A stretch of DNA of 62,645 bases. Source: Chlamydiota bacterium. Its GTDB lineage: Bacteria; Chlamydiota; Chlamydiia; Chlamydiales; 2-12-FULL-49-11. Location: contig CANJWO010000003.1 in assembly GCA_947478685.1 (NCBI GenBank), positions 1 to 62,645 of the forward strand, in the 5' to 3' direction. Below, one piece after another: positions 19,369 to 29,662 of the stretch (positions are counted from its first letter, which is position 1; each line of letters begins with the position of its first letter). The notes under the pieces were generated by a model. It worked only from the letters and a program-made list of their open reading frames with translations. It ran no database searches and was not told the origin of the DNA. The position numbers and the translations under genes are program-made.

Positions 19369-20051
19369 GGTCTCTCCTTAATTTCAAATTTCCCATCGGG
19401 ATAGCCTATATAGACTTTAGTGGCAGTCTCTAGAAAAAAACCTGTTTCTATCACGCCTAATAAGTTTTTTAACCGAGAATGGTGTTTTTGGGGATCCTTT
19501 ATGGGGCCGTTAAAGACGATATCGAAGATATAATTGTCATTATCTGAAAGGACGGCTTTACCATCTTTGTGTCTAACATGGCCTGAATAGCCTAACTCGT
19601 TTATCCTTAACACAGTGGACTCGTAACCAAAGCGGACAATTTCAATAGCAACTGGAAAGCCCTCAAGGGGAGATGCGAGCTTAGAGCTATCGACTAGAAC
19701 TATATTTTGTTTCGACCTCGCTGCAACGATTTTTTCACGAAGAAGGGCTCCGCCACCCCCCTTAATCAGATGAAAAGTCTTTAGGTCGATAAGATCGGCT
19801 CCATCAAAAGTGATATCAATTTCATTACGTAACGACTCTTCAATTAGTGGGATAAAGCCGGTTACAAGCTCTTTAGACAGGAGAGAGGTTGCGACGCATG
19901 AAATGTTAAGTGATTCATTTTGAATACGTTCCTTTAATGCTTTAATAAAAAATGCAGAGGTTGACCCTGAGCCAAGTCCTATGATCATTCCTGATTTTAT
20001 TAACTTAACCGCTTCTTCAGCAACAAGTTGCTTCTCTTTCTCGTATGACAT
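19365..20051 (-). CDS. rpiA: Ribose-5-phosphate isomerase A
   Basis: GLGSGSTS, DGADLID, KGGGGAL. The start at 20051 (MSYEKEKQ...) aligns in length with E. coli RpiA; the ORF track start is 20075. Confidence 0.9.
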   Translation of the reverse strand: MSYEKEKQLVAEEAVKLIKSGMIIGLGSGSTSAFFIKALKERIQNESLNISCVATSLLSKELVTGFIPLIEESLRNEIDITFDGADLIDLKTFHLIKGGGGALLREKIVAARSKQNIVLVDSSKLASPLEGFPVAIEIVRFGYESTVLRINELGYSGHVRHKDGKAVLSDNDNYIFDIVFNGPIKDPQKHHSRLKNLLGVIETGFFLETATKVYIGYPDGKFEIKERP

Positions 20052-20150
20052 GGGTGCCCTCGTCTTAACTTTCATAATGGAAGAACATATTTTTCATAGC
20101 AACTAAAACAAACCTAGATTAGACTGGGTAGAAATTAGTTGAGGAGAGCG

Positions 20151-20447
20151 ATGAAACATAGAGGCGGGGCTACGATCCCATTAGCAGACGAGAGCGATAA
20201 AACAAAAAAGGCTAGAGCGAAGCTGAAAAAGCGCCTATTCGAGCTGGAAAAAAAAGTCACTGTCCAAGCGCTTGAGCGAAAAAACATGGAAATTCATCGG
20301 TGGATAGCAAGGCATGCACCTCAAAGAATAGTGCTCCGCACAAAAAATATTTCACTATTTGATGAGAATAAAAATACGGCGGAGATTAGCTCGAGAATTT
20401 CAAAAGTTGCAATGCAACTTAGGACGGAGATTGAAAGTCCTAAATGA
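20151..20447 (+). CDS. Small basic coiled-coil hypothetical protein, translationally coupled to tyrS
   Basis: 98 aa. GAGGAG lies upstream of the ATG at 20151, and the stop overlaps the tyrS ATG (ATGA). Confidence 0.5.
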   Translation: MKHRGGATIPLADESDKTKKARAKLKKRLFELEKKVTVQALERKNMEIHRWIARHAPQRIVLRTKNISLFDENKNTAEISSRISKVAMQLRTEIESPK

Positions 20448-21706
20448 AAACAGTGTTTGATTGGTTTACAGAGAGAAATTTTGTAGAACAATATACGAGC
20501 GAGGAGCTTAGGGAGATCTTAAAAAAACCGACTCCTTTCTATTTTGGGATTGATCCTACAGCTTCTAGTCCCCATTTAGGGAATTGGGTAGGGATCATTG
20601 CTTCGATGAAGCTTCAAAGTTTTGGGCATAGACCTATAATTTTAGTTGGTGGCGCGACGGGACTTATTGGAGATCCTTCGGGTAAAGATCTTGAGAGGCC
20701 CTTGCTCTCTACGAAAGAGATCGGGGAAAATGTCGAATCCCTTACTAATGTCTTAAAAAAATTTTTAGATTTTAATCATCCGACCGCTGCACCTCTAATA
20801 GTAAATAATTTTGACTGGTTTTCCAAAATGAATGTGATCGAATTTTTGCGCGATGTAGGAAAACAGTTTCGTCTTGGGCCGATGCTTGCTAAGGAAAGTG
20901 TAAAAAATCGAGTGAACAGCGAAGAGGGGATGAGTTTTACTGAGTTTAGCTATCAGATTTTACAAGGGTATGACTTCAATTATTTAGCCGAAAAGCATGG
21001 CGTAATGCTTCAGATTGGAGGAAGTGATCAGTATGGAAATATCACTGCAGGTATCGATCTCACAAGAAGACTTTTGAAGAAGAGTGTTTACGGCCTTACA
21101 TTTCCTCTTTTAGTAAGATCAGATGGGAAGAAATTTGGAAAGAGCGAGCGCGGGGCTGTCTGGTTAAAACAAGAGCTCACGTCGCCGTTTGAGATGTACC
21201 AATATCTGGTGAGAGTTGCTGATAGTGATGTAATTCGAATGTTACAGATGTTAACACTTCTAGAAATGGATGAGATTCGATTTATTGAAAAAGAGATGGG
21301 CTCAGCTCCTAACTTTGCACAAAAGAGACTTGCAGAAGAAGTGACTAGACTGGTTCATGGGGAGACAGGATTAAAAGAGGCTCTTGTGGCAACGCATGCG
21401 ATTACTCCGGGGAAGGTTAGTTTTCGCGAGGAAGAACTTGAGTGTGCGGCAGAGAATATACCCAATATTGAGTTGGCTTCAGAGGAAGTAATAGATCAAA
21501 CTTATGTCGATGTTGTATTAAAAGCAGGGCTCCTTAATTCGAAAGGTGAGGTGAGAAGGTTGATTCAAAATCAGGGCGCTTACCTAAATGGAAAAAAAAT
21601 TATTGATCCAAATTTTGTGATTACAAAAGATTCATTATTACAGGGAAATCTTTGTGTACTGAGCTCCGGGAAGAAAAAATCGATCCTCATCAGAGTAAAA
21701 TTCTAA
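20444..21706 (+). CDS. tyrS: Tyrosine--tRNA ligase
   Basis: HIGH-type motif PHLGN, KMSKS-type motif KFGKS, and a C-terminal S4-like domain. Confidence 0.95.
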   Translation: MKTVFDWFTERNFVEQYTSEELREILKKPTPFYFGIDPTASSPHLGNWVGIIASMKLQSFGHRPIILVGGATGLIGDPSGKDLERPLLSTKEIGENVESLTNVLKKFLDFNHPTAAPLIVNNFDWFSKMNVIEFLRDVGKQFRLGPMLAKESVKNRVNSEEGMSFTEFSYQILQGYDFNYLAEKHGVMLQIGGSDQYGNITAGIDLTRRLLKKSVYGLTFPLLVRSDGKKFGKSERGAVWLKQELTSPFEMYQYLVRVADSDVIRMLQMLTLLEMDEIRFIEKEMGSAPNFAQKRLAEEVTRLVHGETGLKEALVATHAITPGKVSFREEELECAAENIPNIELASEEVIDQTYVDVVLKAGLLNSKGEVRRLIQNQGAYLNGKKIIDPNFVITKDSLLQGNLCVLSSGKKKSILIRVKF

Positions 21707-21722
21707 TAGTTTTTTAACTATT
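21705..21722 (+). terminator. Weak AT-rich hairpin after tyrS
   Basis: AATAGTT-TTTT-AACTATT forms a 7-bp stem overlapping the stop codon. There is no strong T-tract. Confidence 0.25.
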
Positions 21723-21883
21723 CTCTTGAAAAAATGTATTGGAAAGTTTCTAATAGGATGAATGAGAATGGAATATGAAAAGCATTGTTTATTTAAAAAA
21801 ACAACTTGTCTGAAAATCAACAACCTAGAACAATGTGTTCTAAACTATTTAATTTTTTTAACATACCTTAACAAGGAGTCAAT

Positions 21884-22201
21884 ATGGCAACTAGGACAAA
21901 AAAACAGCTGATATCTAAAATAGCAACAAAAACAAATCATCACCCAAATGAGGTGCGTGTAATTGTGCAATCATTTCTTGATGCAATTACTGAAAGTCTT
22001 TCAACAGGGGATCGTTTAGAGTTTAGAGATTTTGGTGTGTTTGAAGTTGTTACTCGTAAGCAAAAAATTGGAAGAAACCCAAAAAACGCTTCTGTAGCGA
22101 TTATTATTCCACAAAGACAAGCTGTTAAATTTACAGCAGGAAAAAAGATGCGTCACATTATTGAAAGTATCAATAAAAAATTAGCGGCTTCTTCTCGATA
22201 A
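21884..22201 (+). CDS. HU/IHF-family DNA-binding protein
   Basis: FRDFGVFEVVTRKQKIGRNPKN matches the HU/IHF arm signature. AGGAG lies upstream of the ATG. Confidence 0.9.
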   Translation: MATRTKKQLISKIATKTNHHPNEVRVIVQSFLDAITESLSTGDRLEFRDFGVFEVVTRKQKIGRNPKNASVAIIIPQRQAVKFTAGKKMRHIIESINKKLAASSR

Positions 22202-22247
22202 AAATCAATAGTTCAGTTAGCATGGGGGTGCTTTAATAGGTGCCTCT

Positions 22248-22856
22248 ATGAATCTCACGACACACAAATTAAAAAATATCACAGTTAGTTATCTAGGAGA
22301 CCACACAGGTCTTGGGTCAATTGATTTTGGATCGATAGCGGTCGTATCGATGGGGCCACACTATTTTCCATTAGGAGAACTCTCTAGATATGGAATTTAT
22401 CGAGAAAGGGAAGACCTTGACGATATTGAAGAGAGTGGGACAGCAATTTCTAGTTGGACTAAATTAATCGCAGGTGATAGATCATTTGGCTCAGGAGCAA
22501 CATGGATTTATTTCAGAGCTATGAAAGAGCAAAATGAGATTAAAATCTCTGCAGCCTTCGAAAATGGAAAAGGGGAAGACCCATTTGCATTTGTTTTTTT
22601 TGTAAAAGCAGAAGAAATAAAAGTTTCTGAAAAAAGATATCTAAAAGGAAGTCTAGCTAGTTATCAAGGGATGAATGCACCTTTGGAATTGATTTCTGAA
22701 AAAGAAAAAGTTGTTTTAACTCCTCAATTTAAAGGGCCTATTCAAATCATTCCATTAGCAGGAGGGGACTATTTCTGGGGTGCAGATTTCCTAATTGCTT
22801 TTGAGATTCACGATTTGGATCTTAAATACAGATGGTCGTTAATAAAAAGTGATTGA
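22248..22856 (+). CDS. Hypothetical protein
   Basis: 202-aa ORF with coding-like composition and no recognised motif. Confidence 0.5.
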   Translation: MNLTTHKLKNITVSYLGDHTGLGSIDFGSIAVVSMGPHYFPLGELSRYGIYREREDLDDIEESGTAISSWTKLIAGDRSFGSGATWIYFRAMKEQNEIKISAAFENGKGEDPFAFVFFVKAEEIKVSEKRYLKGSLASYQGMNAPLELISEKEKVVLTPQFKGPIQIIPLAGGDYFWGADFLIAFEIHDLDLKYRWSLIKSD

Positions 22857-22911
22857 TTTTGCTTGAACTCTCTTTTATATTGAAGAAAGTTGATAAATTA
22901 GGAATTGTGCT

Positions 22912-23898
22912 TTGTCATTTCGTAGGGTGTTTATAGCGATTACAGTGTTACTCTTTGCTGGGATTATGATTGCAGGTGGATTAAAGAAGAATCCTGTTTC
23001 AATTGAGAGTAAAGAGAATGTAGTTGTGATAGCTCCACCTAAACCAAAAGCCATCATTGAACAGCCGAAAGTGAAAGTTGAGGAGGCTGTTCAAAGAGAC
23101 AGACCGAGTAAAGAAGTCGATCGCATTAGAAGACTTTTTTCAAAAGGGATGGATAAGCTCCCTATTGTTGAAACAATTACTTACTCAAGTAGAGTCTCCT
23201 GGCTGAAGGGTAGACCGGCATGGATTGCCGATTATGCTACTCATTTTCAGACTTCGAGGCATTTTATTGCGAGAAGCCTTAATGGAAAACCTGACTATAT
23301 TACACAAAACATTACTCCAGGTGAGAAATTTAATGTTTTTCGAGAAGATAAACAGATACAATTTTATTTAATTGTTGATTTAAGTGATTGCACGATGGAT
23401 TTTTATTATCTAGACTTAGATAGTAATGAAAGAGTTTTTTTGAAAACCTATTTAGTAGGAGCAGGAAGGCTTGATCCATCATCCCCATCAGGAAGTTTGA
23501 CTCCTACAGGCAAGTATATGTTAGGCAGCAAAATTGCTGTCTATAAGCCGGGTCTTGAACATTTTTTTCAAAATCGCAAAACTCAGATGATAGAAATTTT
23601 TGGAACTAGGTGGCTTCCCTTCGAGTTAGAGCTCGAAAATTGCACAGATAGTGCCAAAGGCTATGGAATTCATGGGGTTCCCTGCAAGTACGACCTAGAA
23701 AAAAATCTTTTAATCGAGGAAGAAAATGGCGTTGGTTGCTATAATAGTGACGGATGTTTGAGGCTTAAGTTGTGTGACATAGAAGAAATTTTTTCAATTG
23801 TCGTCACTAAGCCTACAATCGTAGAGATTGTCAAAAACAAACATGACGTTGTTTTACCAATGTTAAAAGAGAATTTTTTAGGCGATGACAAATCTTAA
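22912..23898 (+). CDS. L,D-transpeptidase (YkuD) domain protein with N-terminal membrane anchor
   Basis: Catalytic motif GIHGVP ... NSDGCLRL, which is the HG ... (S/T)xGC(I/L)R pattern. N-terminal TM segment [21 protein letters not shown] start. Confidence 0.75.
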   Translation: MSFRRVFIAITVLLFAGIMIAGGLKKNPVSIESKENVVVIAPPKPKAIIEQPKVKVEEAVQRDRPSKEVDRIRRLFSKGMDKLPIVETITYSSRVSWLKGRPAWIADYATHFQTSRHFIARSLNGKPDYITQNITPGEKFNVFREDKQIQFYLIVDLSDCTMDFYYLDLDSNERVFLKTYLVGAGRLDPSSPSGSLTPTGKYMLGSKIAVYKPGLEHFFQNRKTQMIEIFGTRWLPFELELENCTDSAKGYGIHGVPCKYDLEKNLLIEEENGVGCYNSDGCLRLKLCDIEEIFSIVVTKPTIVEIVKNKHDVVLPMLKENFLGDDKS

Positions 23899-24718
23899 TT
23901 TTAAAGAAGGTAAGTATTCGGCGTGGGAGAGGGTCCAGATTTCTAGGCACCCATTACGGCCGCATACAAGCGATTTTATCCAAAATATGTGTGACGGCTT
24001 TGTTGAGCTTCATGGCGATCGGCTTTTTGCTGATGATGGGGCAATTATTGGCGGAATCGGCTATATAGATGGTGAAAGATGTATGATTATTGGTCAGGAG
24101 AAGGGTAAGGACACGGAATCTAGGTTAAAGCGCAATTTTGGTATGCCTCATCCAGAAGGGTATCGTAAAGCTCTTCGTTTAATGAAACTTGCAGAAAAAT
24201 TTGAATTACCAATTGTTACATTTATTGATACGGCAGGGGCCTTTCCCGGGCTTGCAGCTGAAGAGCGAGGACAGGGATCTGCTATTGCTCACAATTTATG
24301 TGCAATGGCTCAAATTAGAGTTCCTATTATTTGCGTATTGATCGGAGAGGGTTGTTCCGGCGGTGCACTTGGAATTGGTGTCGGTGATGTAATTGGAATG
24401 TTAGAGCACTCGTATTACTCGGTAATTTCTCCTGAAGGTTGTGCCTCTATTCTTTGGAAAGATGCAAAAATGAATGAGCACGCAGCTGAAGTCTTGAAAA
24501 TTCATGCAGAAGATTTGATTGAATTTGGAGTAATTGATGAAATTATAAAAGAGCCAGTCGGCGGAGCTCATCTCGATTCAGCCTTCACCTTTAAGGCAGT
24601 AAAAGAGTTTATCCACAGAAATATCAAATCACTTTCAGCTAATTCACCATATGAGCTTCTTGAAAATCGGTATCATAAGTTCCGCGAAATAGGAAAATAT
24701 GATACGATTCCGCAATGA
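23885..24718 (+). CDS. accA: Acetyl-CoA carboxylase carboxyltransferase alpha subunit (N-terminally short)
   Basis: Aligns by eye with E. coli AccA from RHPLRP onward ([41 protein letters not shown]). Lacks the first ~50 aa of the E. coli protein. Confidence 0.9.
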   Translation: MTNLNFKEGKYSAWERVQISRHPLRPHTSDFIQNMCDGFVELHGDRLFADDGAIIGGIGYIDGERCMIIGQEKGKDTESRLKRNFGMPHPEGYRKALRLMKLAEKFELPIVTFIDTAGAFPGLAAEERGQGSAIAHNLCAMAQIRVPIICVLIGEGCSGGALGIGVGDVIGMLEHSYYSVISPEGCASILWKDAKMNEHAAEVLKIHAEDLIEFGVIDEIIKEPVGGAHLDSAFTFKAVKEFIHRNIKSLSANSPYELLENRYHKFREIGKYDTIPQ

Positions 24719-26514
24719 TAATGTTACTAAAAGCTGCTTTTAGATCTGGAAGACATTTTAAATGGCTTCTACTCTCCTTTATAACTCTGATTGGTGTAAC
24801 GATAGCAAATCAGCTTGAGATGCTTACTATTGGCATGATTATTAACAATGCTAGTAATATTTCGAGCTCTGGCACGGATAGTGCTCACTATCCAATTCAC
24901 CATTTTTTAGATCAGATTAAAGCCTATTTTCAATTTGGCGAGCATAAGATCCAAAAAGTGGCGGTAGCATTGATGCTTGTTGCTACCTTTAAGGCTCTCT
25001 TCCTCTTTTGGAGTCGATATACAACGAGAATATTAGCGATAAAAATAAGTCGGGACTTAAGACAGCAATACTTTGAACATATTCAGCATCTCTCGATGAA
25101 ATTCTATCAAAAGTACAATATTGGCTCTCTTTCAACTCGTGTGGTTGGCGACGCTAGTCAGATAGCATTGTCAATTAATGCATGGATCACTAATTACCTT
25201 CACACTCCATTTACAGTTTGCACAACCCTCTCAATCTGTTTTTATCTCTCGTGGAAGCTCTCGTTAATTATTTTTGTTGGAGTGCCTCTTATAATTTTTC
25301 CAGTGCGGCTTATTACGCGAAGGGTTAAAAAAATCACAAGGACGCTGCAAAAAAATCAGGAAAAATTTGCTTCTGTATTAATAGACTTTTTAGCAGGGAT
25401 CCAGACGGTAAAAATCTTCTCGATGGAGAAATATACATGCAAGAAGTATCAAGAGCAAAATGATGATATGGAGCGCTTAGAGACAAAAACAACTCGATAT
25501 GACCTCATGACACGGCCGATACTCCATTTTGTGACTACCTTTTGCTTAGTGATAATATTATTTATTGGGCTCTATTGGATGAAGATCGAGCTTGCAGAGC
25601 TAGTAGTTTTTTGCGGTCTCTTGCATCTTTTTTATGAGCCAATCCGCAAGTTTGCCGATGAAAATGCGTGCGTTCAAAGAGGGGTTGTTGCAGCTGAAAG
25701 ACTATTTGAAGTCCTCAACATAGAGCCAGAAATTATTGATGAGAAGGATGCAATTGAAATAGCCGAATTTGAAAATGAACTTGTTTTTGATAATGTTTGG
25801 TTTCGATATGAAAATGAGTGGGTTTTAAAAGGGGTCAGCTTTACTGTAAAAAGGGGGGAGACTATTGCTATAGTAGGTGCAACAGGATCTGGAAAATCGA
25901 CCATTCTTCAGCTCATTCCAAGACTGTATGAAGTAGAAAAGGGACAAATTCTCATTGATGGTAAGCCTCTTCAAAGATATACGCAAAAATCGTTGAGAGC
26001 CTTAATTTCCTATGTCCCGCAGAAGCCCTTCCTATTTAACGATACAATTCGCGATAACATTGTCTATGGAAAGGAAGTTTCCGATGATGAGCTTATAGCA
26101 GCCTCGATAAAGGCATACGCTCACGAATTTATCAAAGAGCTTCCCCTTAAATATGAAACTCATATTGACGATATGGGTAAAAATCTCTCTGGTGGTCAAC
26201 AACAGCGCGTCGCCATCGCCCGTGCTCTTGTTAAAAAGTCGCCTATCTTAATACTTGATGAAGCAACCTCGTCACTCGATGCCGTATCAGAACAAAGGAT
26301 TAAGAAGGCAGTTGTTGGGTTGCAAGGTGAGATGACTCAAATCATCGTTGCTCATAGACTTTCAACTATAGAGCATGCCGATAAAATCATCTTTATTGAT
26401 AGGGGACTTAAACTTGGTGAGGGTGCAAGAGACGAACTCATAAAAACTTGTCCTGCATTTAGAGCTATGTGGGAAGCCTCTTCTCTTGAAATATTCGAAG
26501 GATCTGTGGTATAG
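24715..26514 (+). CDS. ABC exporter, fused TMD-NBD (MsbA/lipid A flippase-like)
   Basis: 6-TM N-terminal half, Walker [10 protein letters not shown], signature LSGGQQQR, Walker [10 protein letters not shown]. Confidence 0.85.
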   Translation: MIMLLKAAFRSGRHFKWLLLSFITLIGVTIANQLEMLTIGMIINNASNISSSGTDSAHYPIHHFLDQIKAYFQFGEHKIQKVAVALMLVATFKALFLFWSRYTTRILAIKISRDLRQQYFEHIQHLSMKFYQKYNIGSLSTRVVGDASQIALSINAWITNYLHTPFTVCTTLSICFYLSWKLSLIIFVGVPLIIFPVRLITRRVKKITRTLQKNQEKFASVLIDFLAGIQTVKIFSMEKYTCKKYQEQNDDMERLETKTTRYDLMTRPILHFVTTFCLVIILFIGLYWMKIELAELVVFCGLLHLFYEPIRKFADENACVQRGVVAAERLFEVLNIEPEIIDEKDAIEIAEFENELVFDNVWFRYENEWVLKGVSFTVKRGETIAIVGATGSGKSTILQLIPRLYEVEKGQILIDGKPLQRYTQKSLRALISYVPQKPFLFNDTIRDNIVYGKEVSDDELIAASIKAYAHEFIKELPLKYETHIDDMGKNLSGGQQQRVAIARALVKKSPILILDEATSSLDAVSEQRIKKAVVGLQGEMTQIIVAHRLSTIEHADKIIFIDRGLKLGEGARDELIKTCPAFRAMWEASSLEIFEGSVV

Positions 26515-26538
26515 TTTTTTTTAAAACTCTATTTGTAG

Positions 26539-26871
26539 GTGTCTATGGTTACAAGTGTATATTTCAGAATAAATAGTACGACTATTACGAGCGTTGAAGT
26601 GTGCTCACACAGCTCGTTTGCAAACATAAAAGATGATATCCTTGATAAAGCTGGCAGTATTGATCCGACCATTCTCCAAAGCTCGCTGATTTTTTTATAT
26701 GAGGAGCCTTTACGATTACGAGAGATTAGGCATATAAGCCAGGAAGATATTGATTCTGAATTTTTTATGCCTACAATAATCAAAACTGAAACATTGGTAA
26801 CTCTTAGAATAGCTTATCCGAATGCTGGGATGGAAACTTCCCCATTTATAATAGGTAGACTTATTAGGTGA
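26539..26871 (+). CDS. Hypothetical protein (GTG start), uncertain
   Basis: 110-aa ORF that fills an otherwise empty 350-bp gap. No motif recognised. Overlaps the convergent exonuclease gene by 8 nt. Confidence 0.3.
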   Translation: MSMVTSVYFRINSTTITSVEVCSHSSFANIKDDILDKAGSIDPTILQSSLIFLYEEPLRLREIRHISQEDIDSEFFMPTIIKTETLVTLRIAYPNAGMETSPFIIGRLIR

Positions 26872-27568
26872 GGAGGCCGAGTTTCTCTAAGCTCTCTTTA
26901 AGCTGCTCATTTTCTGGTTTGTCAAAGACTCCACTTTCCCCTAACCATTTTAGGTAGTGTTTGGGGAGTGCTTCTAGAAGAACGCCGCGGTGTTTGCCGA
27001 AGGGCATTTGGCGAACAACCGAACTTGATTGATTGTTATATATTAGGTTATAGACTTCATCTATTGGTAGGTCTTCGATCATTTGAGAGAAGATTTTGTA
27101 GAGGACCATGACGTCGTCAAGGGCTCTATGTGCATTGCCTGCTTCAATACCATAGATTTCACGAAGATACTGAAGTGGATGCTTAGGAAGGTCTGGGCGA
27201 TATTTTCTAGCCCATTTAAGTGTGTCAATATAGGTAAAGTTAGGCATGATTAAGCCTGATCTTTTTGCTTCGTGGACAAGAAAATGTTTATCGAAAGCAT
27301 CGTTATTATGAGCGATCAAAATAATATCACCGCTACAAAAGTCAAAAAATTCTTTTCCTACAATTGAAAAATTAGGGGCGTCTTTGACCATCTCATCTGT
27401 AATCCCTGTAATTTGAGTCACTTCTGGTGGAATTGGCATTCCTGGGTTAACGAACTTGCAAAATGAGAGATTTCGGACAGGGTCAAAAGCTGCAATTTCA
27501 GTGATCCGATCTTTATCAGGTTTTACCCCTGTTGTTTCGGTATCGTAATATATTGGGCGGGGGCTCAT
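26864..27568 (-). CDS. DnaQ-like 3'-5' exonuclease (DNA polymerase III epsilon family) with C-terminal DUF3820-like tail
   Basis: Exo motifs YDTETTG, HNNDAFDKHFL and HRALDD, with the C-terminal stretch MPFGKHRGVLLEALPKHYLKWL. Confidence 0.85.
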   Translation of the reverse strand: MSPRPIYYDTETTGVKPDKDRITEIAAFDPVRNLSFCKFVNPGMPIPPEVTQITGITDEMVKDAPNFSIVGKEFFDFCSGDIILIAHNNDAFDKHFLVHEAKRSGLIMPNFTYIDTLKWARKYRPDLPKHPLQYLREIYGIEAGNAHRALDDVMVLYKIFSQMIEDLPIDEVYNLIYNNQSSSVVRQMPFGKHRGVLLEALPKHYLKWLGESGVFDKPENEQLKESLEKLGLLT

Positions 27569-27662
27569 AGTTTTCTCCAGTAAGAAAAAAAGGTTAGCAA
27601 AAGAAGTTATTTGATGGTATCTAAAAAATGGGGTAAAGTAGATATACTTTTTGGGTGTTCCT

Positions 27663-28679
27663 ATGACTTGTTCTATAACTTATAATTTTTCTAAGGGGGA
27701 TCCTGAAAAGGTCTTGGCTTTACTTGGTAAGGAAAAGGCATTGGCTGCATTGGATGAAATGCTTCTTATTCGCAATTTTGAGCAGAGAGGGGAGCAAGCA
27801 TATCAGGCAGGTAAAGTGTGGGGTTTTTATCATGCATATATAGGACAAGAGGCAATTCAGACAGCAGCTATGTATGCGATGGGTCGTAAAGAGCATTTAT
27901 GGACAACGACTTATAGATGTCATGCGCTAGCTCTCCTTTTAGGAATGACTCCAAAAGAGGGTCTTTGTGAGTTATATGGTAAGGCCAATGGTAATGCAAA
28001 AGGGCGTGGAGGTTCAATGCACATGTATACTGACAATATGTTTGGTGGAGATGGAATTGTTGGTGGACAATGGGGTGTTGGAGCAGGCTTGGCGTTTAGT
28101 TTGAAGTATAGAGATTTAAAAGACCGAATTGCAGTCTGTTTTGGTGGCGATGGTTCAGTTGCTCAAGGGACCTTTCATGAGTCGATGAATTTGGCAATGC
28201 TTTGGAAACTTCCATTGATGGTAGTAATTGAAAATAATCAACTTGGGATGGGAACGCAAATTCATAGAGCGATAGCCAACCTTCCAATTGGTGAGAATCT
28301 AGCAAAAGCCTATGGTATAAAAAGTTATACGGTAGATGGGATGAATTTTATTGATTGCTTTTCGGTTTTTAAAGAGGGTTTTGAGTGGATTAAGAAAACT
28401 GGCGAACCTGTAATTATTGAAGCTGTAGGGCATAGATTTCGTGGGCATTCTATTTCTGATGCGGCTCATTATCGAACGAAAGAGGAATTGCAGAAGATTA
28501 TTGAACAGGATCCGATTGTTAGTTTTGTAGAGTATTTAAAGGGAAAAAGTTGGATTACTCCAGAAGAATTTGAAGAGAGAAAAAAACTGAGAAGAGATGA
28601 AATTTTAGAGGCGATGAAATTTGCAGATGAGAGCCCTTTTCCTGATATTAACACTTTGGAAGAGGGTGTAATAGTTTGA
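27663..28679 (+). CDS. pdhA: Pyruvate dehydrogenase E1 alpha subunit
   Basis: TPP-binding motif GGDGSVAQGTFHESMNLA ... ENNQLGMGT. Start taken at the ATG at 27663; the ORF track starts at TTG 27651. Confidence 0.9.
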   Translation: MTCSITYNFSKGDPEKVLALLGKEKALAALDEMLLIRNFEQRGEQAYQAGKVWGFYHAYIGQEAIQTAAMYAMGRKEHLWTTTYRCHALALLLGMTPKEGLCELYGKANGNAKGRGGSMHMYTDNMFGGDGIVGGQWGVGAGLAFSLKYRDLKDRIAVCFGGDGSVAQGTFHESMNLAMLWKLPLMVVIENNQLGMGTQIHRAIANLPIGENLAKAYGIKSYTVDGMNFIDCFSVFKEGFEWIKKTGEPVIIEAVGHRFRGHSISDAAHYRTKEELQKIIEQDPIVSFVEYLKGKSWITPEEFEERKKLRRDEILEAMKFADESPFPDINTLEEGVIV

Positions 28680-29662
28680 GTAATCAAGAGATAGATATTA
28701 GAGAGGCCCTGCGTCAGGCAATTGACGAGGAGATGGAGCGCGACCAGAACGTCTTTGTCATAGGCGAAGAGGTTGCCGAATATGATGGCGCTTATAAAAT
28801 TACTAAAGGTCTATGGAAAAAGTGGGGAGATAAAAGGGTAATCGATACTCCCATTTCAGAATCAGGTTTTTCAGGACTTGCAATTGGGGCAGCAATTACT
28901 GGATTAAGACCGATCGTAGAGTTTATGAGCTTTAATTTTTCATTTGTTGCTTTTGATCAGATTGCAAGTAGAGCCTGTAAGCTTCACTATATGTCCGGAG
29001 GAAGATTTAAAGTTCCCATTGTTTTTAGAGGGCCAAATGGAGCCGCAGCAAGGGTCTCTTGTCAGCATTCACATAATGTGGAGTCGCTTTATGGACAATT
29101 TCCAGGGTTAAAAATAGTGGCGCCTGCGTGTGCCTATGATGCTAAGGGACTTTTAAAATCTGCCATTCGTGATGACAATCCGATCCTCTTTCTTGAGAAT
29201 GAGCTCATGTATAATATAAAAGAGGTAATACCTACTGAAGAGTTTCTAGTTCCAATTGGTAAGGGAAAGATTTTAAGAGAGGGTAGAGATGTTACTTTAA
29301 TTTCTCATAGTAGAATGCTCCTTTTTTGTTTAGAGGCAGCAGATGTGATGGCAAAACGGGGGATTAAAGTTGAAGTCCTTGATTTGCGCACGATTAAGCC
29401 ATTAGATGTTGGACTTATTGCAACATCTGTAAGAAAAACGGGAAGGGCTGTTATTGTTGAAGAGGGACATAGATTCGGAGGAATTGCAGCAGAAGTTGGC
29501 GCTGAAATTATGGAACACTGCTTTGATTATCTTGATGCACCTATAAAAAGAGTGTGTCAAATGGAGACCCCACTCCCTTATTCACCTCCTCTTGAAGAGT
29601 GGACAATACCAAACACAAAGCGTATACTTAGAGCACTTGAAGAGGTATTGGAGGGAAGATGA
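28676..29662 (+). CDS. pdhB: Pyruvate dehydrogenase E1 beta subunit
   Basis: Transketolase-like Pyr and C-terminal domains (VIDTPISESGF, FRGPNGAA). TTG start overlapping the pdhA stop. Confidence 0.9.
   Translation: MSNQEIDIREALRQAIDEEMERDQNVFVIGEEVAEYDGAYKITKGLWKKWGDKRVIDTPISESGFSGLAIGAAITGLRPIVEFMSFNFSFVAFDQIASRACKLHYMSGGRFKVPIVFRGPNGAAARVSCQHSHNVESLYGQFPGLKIVAPACAYDAKGLLKSAIRDDNPILFLENELMYNIKEVIPTEEFLVPIGKGKILREGRDVTLISHSRMLLFCLEAADVMAKRGIKVEVLDLRTIKPLDVGLIATSVRKTGRAVIVEEGHRFGGIAAEVGAEIMEHCFDYLDAPIKRVCQMETPLPYSPPLEEWTIPNTKRILRALEEVLEGR

Noticed and set aside
26529-26783. 84-aa ORF on the minus strand in the gap between the MsbA-like exporter gene and the DnaQ-like exonuclease gene
   Set aside because: It overlaps the somewhat more plausible plus-strand 110-aa ORF. 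It has no ribosome-binding site and gives an unconvincing translation. Only the plus-strand ORF is listed, at low confidence.
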